Positions 26,946 to 39,554 of a stretch of DNA of 64,000 bases are shown here, piece after piece. Origin of the DNA: Octopus sinensis (taxonomy: Eukaryota); NCBI RefSeq assembly GCF_006345805.1, contig NC_043003.1, forward strand, positions 76,074,001-76,138,000, written 5' to 3'. Made by a program: the position numbers and the translations under genes. Position 1 is the first letter of the stretch. Each line of letters starts with the position of its first letter. Under the pieces are notes generated by a model. That model made no database searches, was not told the origin of the DNA, and was given only the letters and a program-made list of their open reading frames with translations.

Positions 26946-29205
26946 TAAAAGGATTCTTTGACCGCTTGTACCGGAGGCAACCTGCTGTATGAAGGCAATG
27001 GAATACTGCAGACGGTAAATCACAGGACAAAACTATTTTGAAATTAAAAATTCCGTAAACAATTGAAATCTTTTAATATGCATTAAGTCTGAGAATTTAC
27101 TTTTGTTCTATAGTCGACTGCTGTCATGCTAGCAACCATAAAGATTGTAGGCGAAAATATACGAGTAGTTACATGAGATTTTCGTTCAGTCTTGCTGTAG
27201 GGAGTTTAGCTTTTTTTCTGCAGCGGACTATATCATATGACTTCAGATTTTATCGAAAATTGATTTGTATTTGGAACACTTTATAGTATTGAATCCTTTT
27301 GTCGCTGTTGTATTTTATGCTGTCGTAATTGTATGTTCCCAAGTGTGAGGTTGGAAACTTATCTATATCAATTTCTCGACTCACCAGCACAAAGCGAAGG
27401 CAAAGTTTATTCGAGACACACCCACAAACATGTCATGGAATGGACAGAAATTGAATAAAATTACCGCAATTTATATGCAAAAGTGTTATATTGCCTTTTA
27501 TGTTATCAACAAGGTCCTTTACTAACTGTCAGAGTAAGTGAATGAAATACATCAGGTTTACTGCGTTTAATTAATGTGTCGAAATATCCAGAGATAGACT
27601 TCGTATTGTTTGCTCGATAATAAATTTCTATACCCGAAAATAGAATCTAGACTTGACTATCTTTCTAAAAATACACATGAGTCACTTGCTCATCGGTTGC
27701 TATCGTACAAGTTCAGTTAGTGTCAGTAAGTTCTATCTTCTAAAATCTTAGCGATCGTACATATTGTGTACCTGGTTCACGCGTTAATAAGATTTAGGTG
27801 TGAGTGGATGATCAATAATGTGTTCAATATTATACAATTTTCTAAAATTCAGGAGATAACCAAATATGAAGCGCTCTTTACAATATCTTGTTTTTAATTT
27901 GTTTATTTAAATAAATTATCTCAAATATCATCTTGCGATATTATCGTTGGGAAGGTCTGACATAATTGAGTGAGATTAAAGTGATTAATGTTCACTTAGA
28001 AATATTTCAGTGGTTTATGTGAAAAGAGATAAAAGATGGAATATTCTGAAAAGATGCATATCTTGAGATGAAAGCATTCTGCGGAATTGCTTTGAACTAT
28101 AGATAAGAGATTATGAAAGCTATGAGTTCAGCTGGAATTATCAGACCTACAGCTAAAAATGAGCAACATAATAACTGCGTGATCGTAGAACGTCATTGTT
28201 GGATTTCATCAATATATATATATATACATATTTACATTTAGGAATGGAAGACCTGTTAGATAAAGATAACATTTGAAAGAGTCATCTGAAATATTGCCCG
28301 TGTACCTAGAATACGTTGGTTTAGATGCTTTTATTGCCGATTACGTATGTTGTTCAGTTTTAGACCAAAACTACACGTAATTGTATAGTTATATCTTCAT
28401 ACTAATTCCAAATGTAAACTATCTCATTGTGAGGCAGAGTATATCATCTAAGCTTATATTAAACTAAATATATGCCCTTGTTAAGACTCTACTGTTTGAT
28501 TTAAATGTAATTTTACAGATACATCTAGCAGAGGACGTTGACGTTGAGGGACATAAGTTTATATTTACATAACTGTAAATGTGGAAAATAATCTGACACA
28601 CAGTATTTTATGCATTCTATACATTCAGCAAGAGTTCAAGTGTGTAAAAAATTGATGTAAAAGCATCATTTTTATCTGTGATTTTAAAACTTTCTGTTGA
28701 TCAAATTTCAATATATTTTTTGCTTTATATATAGTATTTTTTATTTATTCATAATAATATTTGATGAGTAACGTTTATAAAATGTTCATTGTATTCGTTT
28801 CCTTTTTCTATTTTGGTTACCAAAATATAGTTGTTGTTTTTTTTTATTATATCAGTAGTAGAAATAAATTTAATTATTTAAGTTGCTATAGAAAGGGATC
28901 GGCATTCACATCTCCAAACACTAGAATTTTCACTTGGAATTGTTTAGCAAGATAACAATTTGATAAATTGATTGATTTTTCATTATTAATTGCATATTTA
29001 AAACGTTTTAAATGTATTAAAAAATTTACCACTATTTCTCATTTCGCTTTTCTTTTGTTCAATTCGGTTCGGCCCTACACAGTAATTCCTTACTGCTGAT
29101 GTTCTTTTGTTTTTCTCTTTGAAAGAACTGCATCAAAGGCAAGCAATTACACTATGAGAAATTGAATCAAGTACAATTTCCTTTTAGTTTCGTTTTGTTA
29201 AAGGG

Positions 29206-29298
29206 ATGTACGCTTTAATTAAAGCTGAGGGCATTTCATCGTTTCGAACTGCATCGTTCAGGAGAACTGGGAGTGCAAGATCAAACTACCAGGTTGAG
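29206..29298 (+). CDS. candidate first coding exon of an unidentified gene (MYALIKAEGISSFRTASFRRTGSARSNYQVE)
   Basis: Strong polypyrimidine acceptor ending at 29125 (alternative acceptor at 29187). In-frame TAG upstream of the ATG at 29206. The only open frame runs to a consensus donor GAG|gtgagt at 29299. Lies in non-repetitive sequence. No homologue recognised. Confidence 0.35.
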
Positions 29299-29317
29299 GT
29301 GAGTGAAGGAGTCTAAG

Positions 29318-29339
29318 AATGTTATGACGTCATAACATT
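29318..29339. promoter_or_regulatory. perfect 22-bp palindrome centred on a full CRE (TGACGTCA at 29325-29332)
   Basis: aatgttatgac|gtcataacatt. ATGACGTCAT is the optimal CREB/ATF site. Function not shown. Confidence 0.4.
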
Positions 29340-29521
29340 ATCAGCTGCGAGAACATTTAATGGCAAAAGCTATTAACTGGTAGATGGAAGAATCGATAGA
29401 GAGGTATGTAGATGAATGCACTGATTAAATTGAGAGACAGATTTATAGCTGCGTAAATAGATAAATATATATCTATATATCTATCTATCTATTTATATAT
29501 TATATATATATATATATATAT

Positions 29522-29689
29522 AAACACATAAATGTGAAACAAGGTGTAAAAAAAGAGTACTCAAACGCCAGGGGTAGAGTAATATGCTTTATTTAAAAGC
29601 AGCAGTAATTCAACAAATCCCGTTACTCGGAGTTTCACGTGAAACTCCGAGTAACAGGTTTTGTTGAATTTCTGCTGCTTTTAAATAAA

Positions 29690-29695
<6 letters not shown>
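29522..29695. mobile_element. internally deleted non-autonomous element forming a spacerless 114-bp palindrome, embedded in (TA)n
   Basis: Arms at 29582-29638 and 29639-29695, with 3 mismatches in the inner 51 bp. Shares its 60-bp left extension and arms with 44781-45112. Confidence 0.85.
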
Positions 29696-29748
<53 letters not shown>

Positions 29749-29907
29749 TAGGCATATACATACATATATATATATATATATATATTATATATACATGCAT
29801 ACGTAATATATATATATATATATATATGCTTATTTTACATACATATACACACACAAACACACACACATCCACACGTATGTATATTTAAACACGCACACAT
29901 GTATATT

Positions 29908-30291
29908 TGGCTGTGTGGGAAGTAGCTTGCTTCCGAACTATATGATTCCATTTTCATGCTCATTGTGTGGCACCTTCGGCAAGTGTCTTCTACTATAGCC
30001 TCAGGCCGACGAAAGCCTTCTGAGTGGATCTGGTAGAAGGAATCTGAAAAAAGCCCGTCTTATATGTATATACGTATACATTGCTGTTGTGTTTGTCCTC
30101 CCACCATCGCTTGAGAACCGATGTTGTTGCATTTATGTCACTACAACTTAGTGGTTCGGTAAAAGAAACCGATAGAATAAGTACTAGGCTTACAAAGATT
30201 AAGTGCTAAGTTCAATTTGTTCGAGTAAAGGTGATGCTCCAGCATGGTTGCAGTGAAATGACTGAAACAAGTAAAGGAATAAAAGAATAAA
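29908..30291 (+). mobile_element. tRNA-derived SINE family 1
   Basis: tggctgtgtgg.aagtagcttgc head, ggcacctt.ggcaagtgtcttctactatagcc, internal TA/TG spacer, gctccagcatgg..cagt.aaatgactgaaacaagt tail. Confidence 0.88.
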
Positions 30292-30294
30292 GAA

Positions 30295-30325
<31 letters not shown>

Positions 30326-30339
30326 TTATACGGAAAGAT

Positions 30340-30354
30340 AGATAGATAGATAGC

Positions 30355-30424
<70 letters not shown>
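30340..30424. repeat. (GATA)n microsatellite
   Basis: Direct reading. Confidence 0.98.
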
Positions 30425-30426
<2 letters not shown>

Positions 30427-30761
30427 TGAACGGATTGACTCATGATTTAACCCGCCTCTATTGTCATGTCTGTTTGACGGGGGAATATCATACAAATATT
30501 CTGCTATAGAATAAATTCAGTGATATGTTCGCGTGTTGCAATTAAATTGATAAACTAATGAGGAGTATTGCTCTATACACTGGTGACAATGACGATAGAA
30601 TGTGAGAATAAACGGAGAAGTGAATTTCATGGATACACATATCAATTAAATAGAATGATTTCCGTATAGATTCAAATTTGATAGGAAAAATAAAGTATGT
30701 ATAATAACAAAGAGAGTTGAATATAATATAATCTATATACTACTTATATTCTTGTCATATT

Positions 30762-30973
30762 GGTCTTAAATTGCGACACAAGGACAGCTATTTAGGGGGC
30801 GGAGTAAGTCTATTACAATGACCGCGGTGTTCAGCTAGCACTTATATGATCGACCCTGGAGGAATGAAAGGCAACATCGACTGTGACGCAATTTGAACTC
30901 AGAATACGAAGATGGACGGGTTGTCACTAAGCATTTTGCCCAAAGTGTTAATGATTCTGCCACCTAGCCACCC
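30762..30973 (-). mobile_element. tRNA-derived SINE family 2, diverged
   Basis: Reverse complement aligns by eye to the family-2 copies (atttgaactcagaa, atgaaaggcaa, atgattctgcca). Confidence 0.7.
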
Positions 30974-31460
30974 TTCATTTATTTCAAAGTGATATATCAT
31001 GGTACCTGTCGATTGCCAAAGCAACACCAGTGGATGCTTTCTTGCTAAAAGGGAACGGAATGGAGAAAATAGTCTCAACAGAGAGTTGCGCTTGAGTTTG
31101 TGAGTGTATTGTATGTTTGTGTTTGAGCCTGTTGTGTTACTTTCTTTAAATTAACAGTCAGTTTTGCCTTATTTATTATGCATAAATTACACAAACACAC
31201 ATATATAGAAACACAAATATATCTACACAAATATACATGTGCACTCATACACCCATACACAGAGACAGACGCTCGCGCGCGCACGCACCCTTCTCTGCAC
31301 ACACATACATACATACATACATACTTTGGCGCATGCATTATTACATCGTTCATACGGATTTACAAACTTGCACATGCATACACTTTCATACGTGCACACC
31401 ACTAATTAAATACGTATACTTATTTAAAGATATGAATACATACGAAGAGAGAGAGGGAGA

Positions 31461-31560
31461 GAGAGAGAGAAAGAGACAGAGAGAGAGAGAAAGAGACAGA
31501 GAGAGAGAGAAAGAGACAGAGATAGAGAGAAAGAGACTGAGAGAGAGAGAAAGAGACAGA
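31461..31560. repeat. 20-bp minisatellite (gagagagagaaagagacaga) x5 within a GA-rich tract
   Basis: Five consecutive near-identical 20-mers. Confidence 0.92.
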
Positions 31561-32284
31561 GAGAGTGAGAGCGATAGAAACTGTGATAATATATACCTTT
31601 ATGCAGACATGCTCGTACAAGACACCGCATTGAAAGAAAACTAAGAGAATAAACTATATTTTCGATATATACCGTTTTTATAATGATAAAGGGTTGATAA
31701 ACTGAGAGACAGATGAAATATGAGAACAGATTGATAGTAAGATAATGAAAGGAAGACAGCTGTTAGAGAGAGCTTTGTGTTTTTCTTTTAACATACATGA
31801 TAGGCATAGAAGTAGTTTGAATCATAGGGAAATGGAATGAGAAATTTCAGCTTACTAAAATATTGATGGTGTTAAAAAATCGCTTTTAAAAGCTTTCATA
31901 TTCGACTGAGCAAAAAAGATTGAAGGTCCATGGAGAAAATAGCTTTCATTTTCCTCACCTTTATTTTTAGCAAAGAAACTGCTTGGAAACACCAGCATGG
32001 TCAACGTCGAGCGTTCAGCAGAAGTAAACGCCTTTTATCGCAATATCCTTGCTGACCATGCAAGAGCACCAGAGCTTTACTAAAAGAAAATGTTTCCGAG
32101 CCTAGCACAAAGTCTGCGTTTAGATACATATATATAAGTCTTTACCTGCATTACTATCTCCACGTCAGCTTGATTTGTATTTTGACTATGGTGGCTCTTG
32201 TTGCCGCACGCCTTGCACTGGTTGAGGAATTCAAACTTTAAATTGTAATTCAGTTGGGCATTACTATATGTTTTCTATACCGAG

Positions 32285-32690
32285 CAGGAGTGGCCGTGTG
32301 GTAAGTAGCTTGCTAACCAACCACATGTTTCCGGGTTCAGTCCGACTGCGTAGCATCTTGGGCAAGTGTCTTCTGTTATAGCCCCGGGCCGACCAATGCC
32401 TTGTGAGTGGATTTGGTAGACGGAAACTGAAAGAAGCCTGTCGTATATATGTATGTATATATAAGTGTGTGTGTATATGTTTGTGTGTCTGTGTTTGTCG
32501 CCCTAGCATTGCTTGACAACCGATGCTGGTGTGTTTACGTCCCCGTCACTTAGCGGTTCGGCAAAAGAGACCGATAGAATAAGTACTAGGCTTACAAAGA
32601 ATGAGTCCCGGGGTCGATTTGCTCGATTAAAGGCGGTGCTCCAGCATGGCCACAGTCAAAATTACTGAAACAAGTAAAAGAGAAAAGAGA
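32285..32690 (+). mobile_element. tRNA-derived SINE family 1, full length
   Basis: Head ggagtggccgtgtggtaagtagcttgc...ccgggttcagtcc, body, internal microsatellite and (AAAGAG)n tail. tRNA-derived SINE families (OK, OR1, OR2) are known from octopus; assignment to a specific one was not verified. Confidence 0.92.
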
Positions 32691-34084
32691 AAGAGAGCAT
32701 ATCTAGATCTCACCTTGTCTCTTTATTTCTCTATCTCTCACTCACGCTCTCTGTCTCTGTCTCTCTCTCTCACTCGCTCTTTCTGTCTCTGTCTGTCTGT
32801 CTCTTTAGCTCTTACTCTAAACATATAGATAAATTCATACACACAGTTTGATTTTAATATATATGAGTATATTTCAATATATGTCACTATATATGATTAT
32901 ACTTCAATGTAAAACATACACATAGAGTTACAGGTTCATATCTGTATATACATTTATATATATATATACACACACACATGCACACATATGTATATGTGTG
33001 TGTAAGTGTATGTGTGTGTGTCTATATATATGCATGTATGTATATGTTTATATGCATGTATGTAAATATATATCGCAATTTGACTTGAACCATTGCGGAA
33101 TGTGTAGAATATGCGCTATTATAGCAAAAACCAAGAAGAAAATATCTTAAATATAAAATGAATGTTAAGTAAAATATTAAAATGCTATCTTAGAAATTTT
33201 TATGATTTTCAACGATACTTTTATCTTTAAACATCAGAACTAATTAAATATTTCATGTCATTCTTCAATATCTGTTTTTGCTATTTTGAATACTTACATT
33301 TCTCTGAAGTTTAATCGCCATCTATAAGACGTTGACTTCCTATATATAACAAGGGTCGGCTTAAAAACTTTTAGGCTGATTATGAAGAAATAACGCTAGA
33401 GCTGTGAAATCTTGCATGCATTAATTTCAACTCTCTTTGTTAATTACTGCGTTGTTACTTTCCAGCTAAACTCACGCCCGACTATTCAAAGAAGACTTCA
33501 GATATAACACTTAGTGACCTCTCTTGAAACTGGACAAAATTTGGCATCGTGGTGTTATTAAGTAATATGCTTCAATCAAATTACAATCTTCAGGTTGTCT
33601 CTTCTGAATCTATGTTCTGTAAGTTCAAATCTAGTATTTCCTCCTAAAGAAGAAGAAAAATACTTAGTGAATCTTCTGATAGCAGTCTTCGCATTACCAA
33701 AATAAAACTTTTCCGTGTTAAGCGAGATATTTAGAAAATTATCAAAAAGTAGATATACATGCAAACACACCGGATTTCAAATCGTTAAAAGACAGTAGGT
33801 TGCCTCTCCTACAGTCGCAGAGCACGATTTTCTAACAAATAGTGTGCAGTAAGACACCATGGGTATCATTGTTTAATGTTAAAACAGAGGCACGCGCTGA
33901 AAGAACTCACTTCACGCAGTTTCGTTTTGTAAGACTCATTTGTATATAAGCATAGTTTATATATGTGCTTCAAAGATGGCCCACTAAAAACTCTCTTGAG
34001 CCAAAACATCAAAGGCCATATATCAAACAGCATTTCGTCCATCTTTCTATCCTGAGTTAACAATCCGCCGAGATAGACTTTGCC

Positions 34085-34197
34085 ATTCATCAGTTCAGGG
34101 TCGATAAATTAAGTACTAGTGAAACACTGGGGTCGATGCAATCGACTAGACACCCTTGTCGCCAAATGTTATGATTTGTGTGTACAGTAGAAAGGAA
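34085..34197 (+). mobile_element. 3' half of a SINE family 2 copy whose (ATT)n tail opens the Dong array
   Basis: gggtcgataaattaagtactag...ctggggtcgatgcaatcgact...gtagaaaggaag runs directly into (ATT)n. Confidence 0.75.
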
Positions 34198-34214
34198 GAT
34201 TATTATTATTATTA

Positions 34215-34281
<67 letters not shown>
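34198..34281. repeat. (TAA)n target array, segment 1 (further segments at 36070-36251, 36793-36819 as ATC, 37305-37369 and 38188-38378)
   Basis: Direct reading. Confidence 0.98.
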
Positions 34282-36176
<1,895 letters not shown>

Positions 36177-36251
36177 TTAATTTTTAGTTTTATTACTATT
36201 ACTATTATTACTATTATTATTATTATTATTGTTATTATTATTATTATTATT

Positions 36252-36792
36252 GAGTGAGAGAGCAGTTCATGCCATCAAAGTGACACTGGGGTAAAATATA
36301 CGATGCCCAATATATCCATCATGACTACCCGTCTGATAAGGGTACACCAGGCACATGCATCACAACCATATGTGCGCGACATGGTGATCTCATAAAAAGA
36401 TAAACAGCACATGACCTTGCAGGTGGGACCCAGTTGGAATTTTCTTCAGGTTGAGTAGCCCATCCCGCTCAAAAGGTACCTGAATAAGGGTTGTTTAAGG
36501 ATGTTGAAAGAACCACCCATGTTTCCAGAGGTGAACTATTCAAACCCCAAAGAATCCCTCTCAACACATGGCTATGATGCTCCCCAACTACTTCTGCTCG
36601 TGATCAGAGATGCACATATCGTCAGCCACTAAGGGACATGCTCAACTGGTTAAAGTCAAACAACTGACAAGCAAACCTGTGCTATTGAGCAGAATATTTG
36701 CTGTAGCCCATCTTTTATACCAAGACAAAACAATGTACATGATAACACTTCCAGTCAGTTAAGATAAGAAGCCATGATAGCCACTGCCTGGT
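36252..36792 (-). mobile_element. 541-bp non-coding, non-autonomous element inserted in the TAA/TGA array
   Basis: Sharp boundaries with (ATT)n on the left and (ATC)n on the right. No ORF and no tRNA A/B boxes seen. The junction phase matches the Dong copies (plus strand ...TATT|element). Strand is inferred from the neighbours. Confidence 0.75.
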
Positions 36793-36819
36793 TTATCATC
36801 ATCATCATCATCATCATTA

Positions 36820-37300
36820 TTTTTTTATAAATAAAACATGGCCCGCTTTCTTCTGCTGAACCGGGGTCATTCCATGACTCTAGGGGCACAGCAGGTCCTC
36901 ATTTTACACGGCGTAAAATGTGTGCGGAACCTAGCAACGCTATTTTCTAGTTCACCTACGTAAACACTGCAAGTGAGTTTGTTGAGCCGCTTATCAAGGC
37001 CCTTTTTATAACTTCTCAACTTCTTTAATGGACACATTTCTCTCTAATGGTGCTGTCACATCTATCTTTAAGCATTTCTTATTCTACCCATCTTTGGTGA
37101 TTATGTCCGGCATGTTTTCCTTGATTTCTTTATCGGTGTTGATTGGCATGTCGCAGAGTACTGTTACATCATCTTTTGCGGTCACAATTTCAGGTTTATG
37201 CTGGTACCATCTTTCTGAAGCGCAAAGCTGGTAGTGTTTACATGTCTTCCGATGGATATATTGCGCTACTCTATCGTGTCTATGAATATAGACATGATAG

Positions 37301-37304
<4 letters not shown>
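36820..37304 (-). pseudogene. R4/Dong-clade copy C (second family), 5'-truncated and degenerate
   Basis: YIHRHDRVAQYIHRKTC..WYQHKPE..LCDMPINTDKEIKENMPDII..CLKIDV..KEVEKL*, then IALLGSAHILRRV. Has its own 3' UTR with a ctgctg...gtcat-gga-atgac...cagcag nested stem. Confidence 0.88.
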
Positions 37305-37369
<65 letters not shown>

Positions 37370-37372
<3 letters not shown>

Positions 37373-38187
37373 TAGTTTTATTTTTATAGCGTGCTTTCAC
37401 TTCACTACCAAGCACAGCTCTGTGTGCCTTGGGTATGTGCTGTGATTTGTTGTGATTCTCTGATGGTTATTGTATGGAAAGTGTTCTGCGTAGGATGTGT
37501 GCAGTGCCTAGTAGTGCAATTTTCTGTATGTTATATGTGTTTGTAAGTCCTGGTGTTTTTGTTATGTATTTGTCTGAATATTTTTTTATCATGCCTAATG
37601 CACCTACTATGATAGGAATTGTTTCTGCTTTCAGATTCCACATTCTAATTACCTCTATTTCCAGGTCTTTGTATTTTGAGAGTTTCTCCATTTCTTTTAG
37701 AGACACGTTGTCATCAGCCGGTATTGATACATCAATTAGAAAGCATTTTTTTTCTTCGTGATCTCTGACAACTATATCTGGTCTGTTGGCCTTAATTTCT
37801 CTATCTGTGTGTATCGGCATATCCCAGAGTATGGTTGCTTTCTCGTTTTCTGTGACCTTTTCTGGTGTGTGCCTATACCATCTTTTTTCTGTTGTTATTC
37901 CATAATGTTGGCATAGCTTCCAATGTATGTAGGTTCCAACTCTGTCATGTCTGTGAATATATTCCTTCTTAGCCAAGACTGGACAGCTAGAGATAATATG
38001 ATTTATTGTTTCTTGTCCATCTCCACATATTCTGTAGTTACTTGTAATATTTCTTTTCATTACATGTTTTTGGTAATTTCTGGTGGGGAGGCTTTGGTCT
38101 TGTGCTGCAATTAAAAATCCCTCTGTTTCTGCTTTGAATCCTGAGCTTCTCAACTATTGCTGGGATTTTTCTTTGTCTATCTCTTTG
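37370..38187 (-). mobile_element. R4/Dong-clade copy A' (same family as A), 5'-truncated
   Basis: About 17 substitutions and one 6-nt indel against copy A over ~0.79 kb (hand count). Same 3' junction. RLE motif FLIDVSIP is intact, knuckle Cys changed to Tyr (YRICG), TGG to TAG near the 5' end. Confidence 0.95.
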
Positions 38188-38207
38188 TCTACTTCTTCTT
38201 CTTATTA

Positions 38208-38301
<94 letters not shown>

Positions 38302-38378
38302 GTTATTATTATTATCATCATCATCATCATCTTCATCATCATCATCATTATTATTATTATTATTATTATTATGATTAT

Positions 38379-39330
38379 CAATTTGCTTTCATTGTTGTTG
38401 ATTTCTCATGTTTTCTGCAATCTTATATCAGTCTGCCCACGTTACGTCGGTCGCAACTGGTTCAAGTGCAACATTGTGTTTTGACGATTTCATATTCTAC
38501 AATACATTTTTGCTGCAGTTTTCTTGACTTGATTTCTAGGTTCTGATTACAGTGTTTCTTCCTCTTTTGCAAAAACCCAACTGAAGAAGGTATATGTGGC
38601 GGGTATTATATTAATTATTGTACGTAGTAAATGGTGCATAGTTGTACTCTGTTAGAAGTACATGTGATATGTGGTGCAGTTGGTTTGATATTGTCGTGTT
38701 CGTGTATTGTTATTTTTCTTAGGTGTTTAGATAGAAGATTATATTTTGCACTGGTTCTGTAGATATTAATAAAGAATTATGCAACTGTTCGTGTTTATCG
38801 TAACTGCTTCTCTGATGTTAAAATATATTTTTCTTACTTTCATTCACCGAGTCTATCTTAATTTCGTGTTCCTTGACAATTCCTTTGCCACTTTTCGAGC
38901 TACGATTTCCTCAAAATGTATCGATATCCCAAATCCGTTACAAATATTTCCATTCCAGTTCTAGATATCATACCATGTTTTCCTTCATAACGTGTCAGTT
39001 TCGAATCACATGTTTTAAATGACCCTTGCCATATGACTGTCATATACCATGTATCAAATATACCAAAACCATATCTTGCGTGTTTCATGTTAAACTCTTG
39101 GCATATTGCACCATTAACATAACTACCCTCTCGGTTATGTCTGTGAATATGCTCTGAGATAGGAAGGACTGCGCTGCTTATAATGATATGGCCAACCTTC
39201 TCATTGATGTGATGTCATAATCTTCCCTTAATGTTAACTATTTTCTCTATTCTATCTCTGTAATCACTTATCATTACGTATTAGTGTAATGTGGTTATTC
39301 CAGAGGTCATGGGCTGCTGTTGCAGGCGTT
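38379..39330 (-). pseudogene. R4/Dong-clade copy D (third family), old and heavily frameshifted
   Basis: AAHDL (cf. AAQDQ), EKVGHIII (cf. ETINHII), EHIHRHNREG..ICQEF (cf. EYIHRHDRVG..LCQHY), IWDI, EIVARK, RVQLCT (cf. ALLGT), then a 3' UTR abutting (TAA)n. Confidence 0.65.
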
Positions 39331-39340
39331 CACTCTACAT

Positions 39341-39554
39341 ATTGGTTTCAAATTGTGACACAAATTCAGTAACATCAGGGAAGGAGTAAATCGATTACAT
39401 CGACCCCAGTGCTCAAGTGGTACTTATCTTATTGTCCTTGAAAGGTCGAACAGTAACGTCATATCGGCGGAATTTGAACCTAAAACGTAGCGACGGACGA
39501 AATGTTGCTAAGCATTTTCACCGGCGTTCTAACAATTCTGCCATCTCACCGCCT
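39341..39554 (-). mobile_element. tRNA-derived SINE family 2
   Basis: gattacatcgaccccagt, ggcggaatttgaacc, aacaattctgcca..ccgcc. Confidence 0.8.

Noticed and set aside
33300-33643. Minus-strand exon-like segments (EEILDLNLQNIDSEETT* after a strong acceptor at 33643; AAT|gtaagt donor near 33300)
   Set aside because: Too short to distinguish from chance, and they cannot be assembled into a consistent gene model without RNA data.
36252-36792. HDV-like or hammerhead ribozyme within the 541-bp element
   Set aside because: Partial stems (gaccttg/caaaaggtc, agc-ccatccc-gct) and a CTGACGA were seen, but the P1.1 GG and the GAAA partner were not found in the right places.
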